DNA of 64,000 bases from Eledone cirrhosa. Lineage: Eukaryota. The stretch is taken from contig OZ024741.1 of NCBI GenBank assembly GCA_964016885.1, positions 368,900,001 through 368,964,000 of the forward strand. The letters run 5' to 3'. Shown here in pieces: positions 55,151-64,000 of the stretch. Positions within the stretch are counted from its first letter, which is position 1, and each line of letters opens with the position of its first letter. The notes under the pieces were generated by a model that saw nothing but the letters and a program-made list of their open reading frames with translations, ran no database searches and was not told the DNA's origin. The position numbers and the translations under genes were made by a program.

Positions 55151-56754
55151 ACTAAATAAAGGTAAATAATTTTTTTATTAGTTGTAACTAAAATAAGGTT
55201 CAGAAAAATTGCAGCCCAATTGAGAGGCTCTTGCATTCATTTTTGCATTAAATAAATTTAACTGGTAATCTCGACAATTTTGTACACAGTTAAAAATTGA
55301 ACTAATGATAATGGGAAATGCATAAAAAAGTAACTTGGCTCCCTTGAGTTACTGAAATTAATAACTTTTGTTTTAGCATGGACACGTTTAAATGTGATAA
55401 ATGATTTTGTTATTACATGAAGTGTTAAGAATAATTTCTTTGCATTTGTAATGAAATTTTAGTCCTTGCAAACATATTTATAGATAAACATTGATAACAA
55501 CAAGATTTTACTTATATGTATGAATACACGTTCATTTTGCAAGTCATAGCTGGAATAAATTTCACTATGGTAAAAAAAAAAAAAAAATGAATAATCATAA
55601 AGAATAAACAATTTTACAGGAATTGGTCAAAATGAGCTACCACTTTCAGTTAAGTATGAGCCTCATTAAGACTAACTCAAGGAGTTCTTTTCGAAATAGA
55701 GATTCTGTTGATGCAAATGTTACTAATAAGATGCATTGAGTACAAAATAGCTTGCATCTTTATGTTGCACATCCATTTATCTTTTGATGTTCATGCAAAT
55801 CACTGAAGTTGATTTAGTTAGAACAGAAAAACAAAAGATATATGAGCTGTGAAATTTGAATCAAGTTGTGATCAAGTTCTCATATCAGGGCCATATGTGT
55901 ATAACTTCTCTATTGGAAATGTGACTGCCTGTAGAGCTACATAACTTGTTTGTAGAGTAACTGAGTTGCATAACTGCAAAACTTGTCTGAAGAGTAACTG
56001 AGCTGCATAACTGCAAAATCATGATCAGATGAGGTGGGAGCTATTGTGACATGGCTCTGAAAAACAAGAGCATTCTGTTGAGATGCTTAGTGAAGCACGA
56101 GCCAGTAACATTTTGTCAAGGTGGTAATAGTGGAGTTCACATGCTCTATATAACGAGGATCTGAATATCAAAATGCATTTGGTGAAAGCAAGAACTATTG
56201 GTGAAAACTGCTAAGGCACATGCTCTCAAGACATGACCCCAAAAAACAAAAGTATGCTTTTTCTTTTATAATTGCATGGGCTTGGAATAGTCCATTATTA
56301 GGGTTAGTTGATTTCTTGTAAAATTTCAACTTGTGTAACAATGTTAATAAGGAATAGTCAATGTTTTGAAACATGACAAGAAGATATTACCACAAAACAA
56401 TTTTCCTTTAAATAAAGATAAAAGTTTTATCTGCAAACGTTTTGTAAATGTAATATAGGCAGTGAATTTAACTGTTGCCACAATAGCAAAATAGCAATGC
56501 TATTGCTAATTCAACAATCAATGAATAGGCATATCACTTGATTTGTGCTGTATTTAATTGAGGATTGGCATACAGTGCAAATCAAATATCGTAGTATGGT
56601 CCTGTAACTCCTGATGGAATGATAGGGGTGCCAGATAGACATATAGTGTTTCTTGAGCGTTTTAAGCCTCACAGAGCCCAACCCTCTCCAGGCCTCAGAG
56701 TACAGCAGATTTCTTCTAGAACAGGATAGAAGTGAGAAAGAGATATAGAGAAAG

Positions 56755-56912
56755 AATCGACCCTGGTACTTGGCTGGTACTTTTTTTTTTTAATCAACCT
56801 CAAAAGGATGAAAGGCAAATTGACCTAGGCAGGATTTGAACACAGAGCTGAGAGCTGGACAGAATACACAAAGCACTATCTGATGTTCTAACGAGACTGC
56901 CAATTCACAGCC
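56755..56912 (-). mobile_element. tRNA-derived SINE (family 1)
   Basis: ctggtact...aaaaggatgaaaggcaaattgacctaggcaggatttgaac...ctgccaattcac. Confidence 0.72.
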
Positions 56913-57002
56913 TAAAATATCTGGATACGAGTTCATATTTTTAGCATACCACGAATAGTTTTCCATTTTATCATTAGCAATTCACTACCCATTACAGTTT
57001 AA

Positions 57003-58326
57003 CAGTTCATCATAGTCCTGCAGGCAATAATGGATGAGTTTAAGACCGGATGCCCATGGGAACTACTGTATGCAGATGACCTCGCACTTATAGCTGAATC
57101 TATGGTAGAACTAGAGAAGAAATTCCAAACTTGGAAGCAGGGACTAGAAAGAAAGGGTCTCAAAGTCAACATGACAAAAACTAAGGTCCTTGTAAGTAGA
57201 TGAGAAAACAGAACCCAGATCCCCTCAGGAAATGGCCTTGCTCAGTATGTAGGAAAGGTGTAGGTAGGAACTCCATTCTCTGCCCCAAATGCAAACAATG
57301 GGTACACAAGAGATGTAGCGGGATCTCAGGAAGCTTAATTAAGAATGTAGGCTTCACATGTAGCAACTGTGCTGGGACAGCAAGCAGCAAACAGCCACAG
57401 GAAACAAGTACCACCAATCTCTGGGAGGGCTCTGTAGAAACAGTAGACAGCTTCTGCTACCTAGGTGACCGAATTAGCAGTGGAGGTGGGTGTTCAGAAA
57501 GTACAATAACTAGGGTAAGAACAGGATGGAAGAAGTTCAGGGAACTACTGCCACTGCTAGCTGCAAAAGGCTTCTCCCTCAAAATGAAAGGCAGACTGTA
57601 TGATGCGTGTATCTGAACAGCAATGTTACATGGTAGTGAGACCTGGGCGCTGAAGGTGGAAGACTTACGTAAATTAGAAAGAAACGAAGTCTGCATGCTC
57701 CGATGGATGTGTAATAGTAATATACGCGAACGGCAAAGCATAAATGAATTGAGAGAGAGACTGAGCATAAGAGGAATCAAATGCTGTGTGCAGGAGAGGC
57801 GGTTGCATTGGTATGGACATGTGATGCATATGAAGGATGACAGCTGCATAAAAAGGTGCAGAGCACTAGAAGTCAATAGAAACCGCGGAGTGAGGAGACC
57901 CAAGATGACCTGGGATGAGGTGATAAAAGCCGACCTTTCCCAATTACACCTCTCAAAGGCGATGACACACGACCGTGACCTCTGGCGTCACGCAGTAATA
58001 CAGAGTACCCGACCTTCCATGGGTACAAGCTGAAGCATATAGACAATATGCCCCCAAACCTTCCCACTGCAAAGTGGTCATGGAGGTGCCATGGCAAAAA
58101 AAGCACCCAGCCCACACTGTAAAGTGGACGTGTAGGTGCCACGGAAAAAGCACCCAACATTCCCTGTAAATGAGGTTGGTGTTAGGAAGGGCATCCAGCT
58201 GTAGAAATCAAGCCAAAATCAGTTCCTGTATGAGCAAGGCATGGTCAGCCGACCAGACACTGCCCACAAGAGGACAACCCGTCTAACAAATGCTAGCGTG
58301 GAAGAACAGACGTAAAATGGTGATGA
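57003..58326 (+). mobile_element. 5'-truncated RTE LINE: RT C-terminal half with a PHD-like Cys finger, plus 3'UTR
   Basis: FIIVLQAIMDEFKTGCPWELLYADDLALIAES..GLKVNMTKTK; WPCSVCRKGVGRNSILCPKCKQWVHKRCSG..FTCSNC; FCYLGD; MLHGSETW; RRLHWYGHV; RRPKMTW. Stop at 58033, tail ends tggtgatga. Few disablements. Confidence 0.93.
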
Positions 58327-59470
58327 AAAGAGTGGTCAATTAGTATATTACTGATTTAAACTGAATTATATTCCTGGTGATTCAAATTTCACAATGGACA
58401 TGACTAACACAAAACTTGACTCATGAGGAAAATAATTCAGCTCAAACTGTGTGTGTGGGTGTATAAACAAAGTAGTTGGCTTAAAAAGCATTGTGAAAAT
58501 TTGAAATGTGTACATCAATACGCAAGTGACCTTAATAGTTGAGCACTCCAATAGTTGATTTTCTCAACTATTAATTATACTGATCAACTATTATTATGGC
58601 CACTTGCGTTTGGGGACACCAATTTCACACACACATGAGAGAGAGAGATAGAGAGAGGGAGAAAGAGAAAAGAGTGTATTTAGTCTTTATCCTCACTATA
58701 TCTAATAGCTGCATCTATCTGGTTCAGAATAGGTACACCGTATCACTGTGACTAAAAGGGTTGGTGCCAGGAAGGGCATCTGGTTATAAAATCCTGCCTT
58801 GAAAAGGACCCCATATGATAAGGTCTACCAGTGGGGAAAATGGCCTTAAAAGGTTTGTTGTTTTACTATATCTAAAAATATAGTATACCAATAAGAAACA
58901 AACAAACAAAAATAGTAGGAAGGTTAAAGGCCAGATGAGGAACGTAAATATTTTGGTTTTAGGTAAATAATTATTTTAGTACCCCCCTCCCTTGTAATTT
59001 TATTTTTCATTGACATTTCATGCTTGGATGAATCTGTAACAAATTATAACGATTGAGTGTGTGTTTGGTGTGTGGGGGGGGGGGGGGGGGGATAGATAGA
59101 TGTGGTATGCAGCTTTTGGGCACATCTATGCAAATAGCAAATACGACACCTCAATACTTATGTGACCTATAGGGCGGAGCTGGTTGACTAGATAGTTTAG
59201 ATATATAAATGCCATATTCAATTGCATGTATTTCTTTTATAAAAAATATCTTTTAACTACTGAGTGATGTTTTCACACGACTACTGAGACACATGTGCAT
59301 TAAATACCTGTAGTGAGACATGAATATTTATTGGTAATTTAAATTGCAGGTACTGTCCATCCAATATATATATATACTGTTCACTTTCCTGACATTTGTA
59401 CATTATTCTATGTACAATACATGCACCTTTGATGAATTGTAGTGCACCTGAGCACTGTACACAATTTTCC

Positions 59471-59578
<108 letters not shown>

Positions 59579-59658
59579 ATAATAAATTTGAAGACTAAAA
59601 TCCAAAGAGGGCTCGATAAGGATAAATATATATCAAATATATAAGAACCGTAGAGCAA

Positions 59659-59883
59659 ATATTTATTAAAATAACAGATTAAAGTTTAAGCAAAGAATCG
59701 CTGCTTTCACCCTTAACGGGATCTTCTGAAACTCCCTTCTTTCCAGCCTCAGCAGTTAAGGCCCATGTTCCACTGCCATGTAGCATTAGTTTGCGCACAG
59801 GCATCATAAGTTTCAGAAGATCCCATTAAGGGTGAAAGCAGCGATTCTTTGCTTAAACTTTAATCTGTTATTTTAATAAATAT
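59659..59883. repeat. 75-bp inverted arms enclosing an inverted copy of neighbouring LINE sequence
   Basis: 59659-59733 is the reverse complement of 59809-59883. Loop 59731-59808 is the reverse complement of 60371-60448. Confidence 0.93.
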
Positions 59884-59894
59884 ATATATATATA

Positions 59895-61117
59895 TGGGAG
59901 CTCCTATATGCTGACAACCTAGTTCTCATAACTGAATCTGTAGGAGTTAGGGGTAAAATTTCAAGCATCAAGAAGAACCTAGAGTTGAAAGGCCTGATAT
60001 CAGAAAAGTAGCCTTGTTCAATATGTCAGAAAGGGGTGGACATAAATTCTATAAAGTGCACACAATGTAAATTATGGATGCACAAGAGATGTAGTGGGAT
60101 TGCAGGTAGACTAACGGAAAATACACTTTATATGCAGCAGATGCACAGGAGACGTGAGCACTAAGAACTCACATGAAACATTCCTTCAGCTGCCAGAGGG
60201 GATCTATAGAAGTCGTTGACAGCCTTTGCAACCTAGGTGATCAAATTAGCAGTGGGAGAAGATGCACCAGAAAAGTGAAAGCTAGGATAAGAACAGGCTG
60301 GAAGAAGTTTAGAGATCTATTACTGCTGCAAACAACAAAATGCTTTTCTTTTAGAGTGAAGGGTAGACAGTATGATGTCTGTGCGCAAACTAATGCTACA
60401 TGGCAGTGGAACATGGGCCTTAACTGCTGAGGCTGGAAAGAAAGGAGTCAAGTATGCTCCGGTGGATCTGTAATGTTGGTATGCATGAGTGACATATGCC
60501 AAGTTTTTTCCTTAGTTTGCTTAGGCTAAGAGGAATTGGATGTTGTATGCAAGAGAGAAGACTGCATTAATATGGACATGTGATGAACATGGAAGATAAC
60601 AGCTTCATAAAAAAATGCAGAGAAATTCCAGTGGCTGGAACCCGTGGAGGAGGCAGACCCAGGAAGACACAGGATGAGATTGTGCAGACTGATCTTAAAC
60701 TAAACCTCTAACAGAAATGACTAAAGACAGCATTATTCAGTGCTGAAGAAGACCCAATCTGCAGCATACAATGTGGCCTAACCTACCTTGTATCCCCACT
60801 TCCACTAGCACTCACTAACAGCTATTCTCAACATCACTAAACCACCCACAAACCGATGCTTCCCACACACATTCCAAGCCCCTGCCGTCTTGTGAAGTAG
60901 TTAATTATGGGAAGGGCATCCAGCCATAGAAAGATTGCCAAACAAAGGTTTGGGAGGACCCTCAATTGTGTCAAACCTCTCCTGTGCACTCAGGATGTGA
61001 GAAGCAGATCCCTGACCTATCTAGGAGATTAGTAGCCTTGCTTCAGTACTGACTTGGTTTAAGCTGACCCATCCAACTCTTGCTAGCAGGGAAAGCTGAC
61101 ATTAAAATGACAATGAC
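59895..61117 (+). mobile_element. Decayed 5'-truncated RTE LINE with 3' tail
   Basis: WELLYADNLVL, NSIKCTQCKLWMHKRCSGIAG, RIRTGWKKFRDLL, RRLH*YGHV, GGRPRKT. Tail gggaagggcatccagccatagaaa...gacattaaaatgacaatgac. Confidence 0.85.
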
Positions 61118-61565
61118 TATATATATATATACATATATATACACACACACCATCAATGGGGTTTAAGAATTCATGAATATGCTGTCTTATGTCAAGAGAA
61201 TTACTTATTTTAGAAAATATCTTCCACCTAAGTTTTTTTTTTTTTTTTAAATCTTTTTAAAATCTTTTTTAAATACTGAAAGAAGAAGAATCATTAATAG
61301 CAGGAAAAAAATGTAAAAAAAAAAATTGTATATATATATATATTGAAAATAAACAACAAACTTTTCCCACCCACCCACCACTCCCACAGGTAACAAAAAC
61401 CCCAAATTTAACTGAAAGTAAATAGGCTTAAATGCAACAGGAAGGAAAACAGATGAATTCTTACAGCTTCTGAAACAGCAGGTAATGCCAATTTAAATAT
61501 CAAATTGCATAAATCAATGGTACTGAATTGTACTGTAAATCTAGAGGTTAGTTACTGTGTGTGTG

Positions 61566-61597
<32 letters not shown>

Positions 61598-61614
61598 CAC
61601 ACATACGTACATAC

Positions 61615-61652
<38 letters not shown>

Positions 61653-61913
61653 TAAGTTGACCTACATACTAAACGCAACATGACTGGAGGTGGTGGGAGA
61701 TCTGCTAACATATTTGGTAGTCAAACAAATGTTGACATTTCTCACCTCCCTGACACTGTTTTCACCAGCGCCACCACAATGAAAACAGAAATCTCACTTT
61801 AACCCATGTGAATGAATAAATCTTAAAACTAAATTATTCTTATTACACCATACAAAGTAAGTAAAATTGAGAAAATCTTAAATTACATATTACGCTTTTG
61901 TATAAATTGTTAT

Positions 61914-62159
61914 TTAACCCTTTAGCATTTAAACTGGCTGCATCCAGTCAGAATTCTTTTACCTCTTTCTGTTCAAACCGGCTGTAATTGGCCGTTCATA
62001 TTGATGTTAAGGTATTGTTCTCAAAATCTCATAGATATGATATTATGTGAAATAATTATGCAAGATAAAAATTTTACCATGAAAATCCAATAGTAAATAT
62101 AGAGTGATGTAAATATAGAGTGATGTAAAAATAGAGTGATGTAAATGGTAAAGGGCTAA
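61914..62159 (-). mobile_element. piggyBac-like MITE, family A
   Basis: TTAA-ccctttagcattta ... taaatggtaaaggg. Same orientation as the 14224 copy, with an internal 16-bp triplication. Confidence 0.78.
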
Positions 62160-62168
62160 CTCCAGGTT

Positions 62169-62467
62169 AACCATGATCCAGCAGATCTGTCAACCATGAT
62201 CCAGCAGATCTGTCAACCATGATCCAGCAGATCTGTCAACCACGATCCAGCAGATCTGTCAACCACGATCCAGCAGATCTGTCAACCATGATCCAGCAGA
62301 TCTGTCAACCATGATCCAGCAGATCTGTCAACCATGATCCAGCAGATCTGTCAACCATGATCCAGCAGATCTGTCAACCATGATCCAGCAGATCTGTCAA
62401 CCATGATCCAGCAGATCTGTCAACCATGATCCAGCAGATCTGTCAACTATGATACAAACCTGTCAAC
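62169..62467. repeat. 23-bp minisatellite (aaccatgatccagcagatctgtc), ~12-13 copies
   Basis: Directly visible tandem array. Confidence 0.97.
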
Positions 62468-63171
62468 TGTCTTCCAAACATCACCATTTCATTTTTTCAG
62501 GCTGTGTATCAAGTATTAAATTATCTAATGTGTCCTCTTTTTAAATGGTAGGGAGGTTTTGGTTTAAAGGAAAATTTTCAACAGCTAAACATGAAAGTTA
62601 AAAACCTAACTAAATGAAAATTACATTAAAATGTTAAAGGGAAGCTGGTACCACTCTCAATTCTTTCATCATTATATTTCTAATGAAATACACTACCTAT
62701 GATTTTCAAATCTTAAAAATTAAGAATTTGGAGGGATTTAACAAAGTAACACATTTTCTTATTATTATGCTGGTCTATGAAATATAATTTAAGTGTTCTT
62801 ACACATTATAATGGAAGGATTTTAGATAAACGTATACCTATTTTATCAAACCTCAGGCAGTTTGGTATGAAAATGGTTAATATGTGATCATTTACATCAA
62901 CTTCTGTTTCCTGAGACTCCATGAGATTGCCTATATTACAAATTCTATTTGTAAATGAGTCATTTATACATGTACTAGTCAATAGTTAACTTAATATTCT
63001 GTAAATAGTTAACAGAAAATATTTTAGAACAAGTTTGTTAATTCAAATGTTTATAGTGTATTTACTAGTGGACAGATTGTCTGCATAACATTATTCTAAT
63101 ACTGCAAATTTTCACAAAATTGTATTGTATTTTTCAAGAATATTTTAATATGGTTTCATATGATACAAGAT

Positions 63172-63310
63172 AGTAGTACTTTATTTTATCAACATTGGTA
63201 GGGTGAAAAGCAAAGTTGACCTCAATGGGATTTGAACTCAGAATGCAAAGGGTGATAACTAGATGCCTGAAAGCACTAAAGGTTCAACGCTAATGGTTTA
63301 GCCAATCTAC
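63172..63310 (-). mobile_element. tRNA-derived SINE (family 1)
   Basis: gtactttattttatcaac...gggtgaaaagcaaagttgacctcaatgggatttgaactcag. Confidence 0.7.
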
Positions 63311-64000
63311 ATGGTCACTAAACAATCTGAGCAAATGGCTCATTGTCAGTCATTCAACCTCACACTAACTACTCATACCTCTTTTATAGGTATCAGCACT
63401 TAATTCTCTAATACAAAACCTGAGCTTTTGGAGGGAAGACATTTGAATTGGAACAGTGTGACAATGTGAGGGCTCTGATATTAGAACCCTATAAAACTGA
63501 AACAGTGTATGCAAACTGGCCAATAAGAGTGAACCAATACGAGTGTGATATCTTTCGGCCAGGCACCATGAAAAACAATGTGGAGTGAAGCATCTTGTTC
63601 AAGAACAATGCATTATCTAGTCAAGGAATCAAACCCACAACCTTATGAACCTGGACCCAACACTAACTAACCACTAGATCACATGCTTTCCACCTTCTCT
63701 GTGAATTAAGAGCTTGATAAATGAAGTAAACATTATGAAATACAAAGGTATATTAAACACAAACATAGCAATATTTCCCACATTAATCCGAAAATAATAA
63801 GCTTTCATAATAGAGACAGTGCAAAAATGTTATGTTGGCAAACGTAATTTGAAACCTTGCAAATTTCCACTGGTCAGACTTGTCACACATGTGTTGCTTT
63901 CTTGCAATTTCAAACAACTTAATGAAGTACAGTTGACAAAAATGGGAAGCTAGATTAATCACACTAAGCAAATTTATAGGAGAGAGAGAGAGAGAGAGAG

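Overview
Eukaryotic, AT-rich, repeat-dense genomic DNA. The repeat families suggest an octopod cephalopod, but that is an inference. The only host gene I can support is a beta-heavy spectrin (karst/SPTBN5-like) on the minus strand. Two in-phase coding exons are visible (12477-12602 and 2153-2320, the start of calponin-homology domain 1), with canonical GT-AG sites around a ~10.2 kb intron. The rest is intronic or upstream sequence containing RTE-clade LINE fragments, a Penelope-like RT next to an assembly gap, a mariner remnant, a Helitron with a PIF1 fragment, piggyBac- and Tigger-like MITEs, tRNA-derived SINEs, (TA)n tracts and a ~17.4 kb minisatellite of 39/30-bp units. Most interesting: (1) type I hammerhead ribozyme motifs in (TA)n-embedded tandem/inverted elements, namely a 465-bp retrozyme-like unit, a Penelope pseudo-LTR and a degenerate third case; (2) a giant minisatellite that appears to have grown from the 3' tail of an RTE-type retroposon, with higher-order structure and a ~14 kb stop-free frame on the gene's sense strand that the ORF track misses; (3) two inverted insertions templated from nearby sequence. 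The very long ORFs in the track are repeat artefacts.
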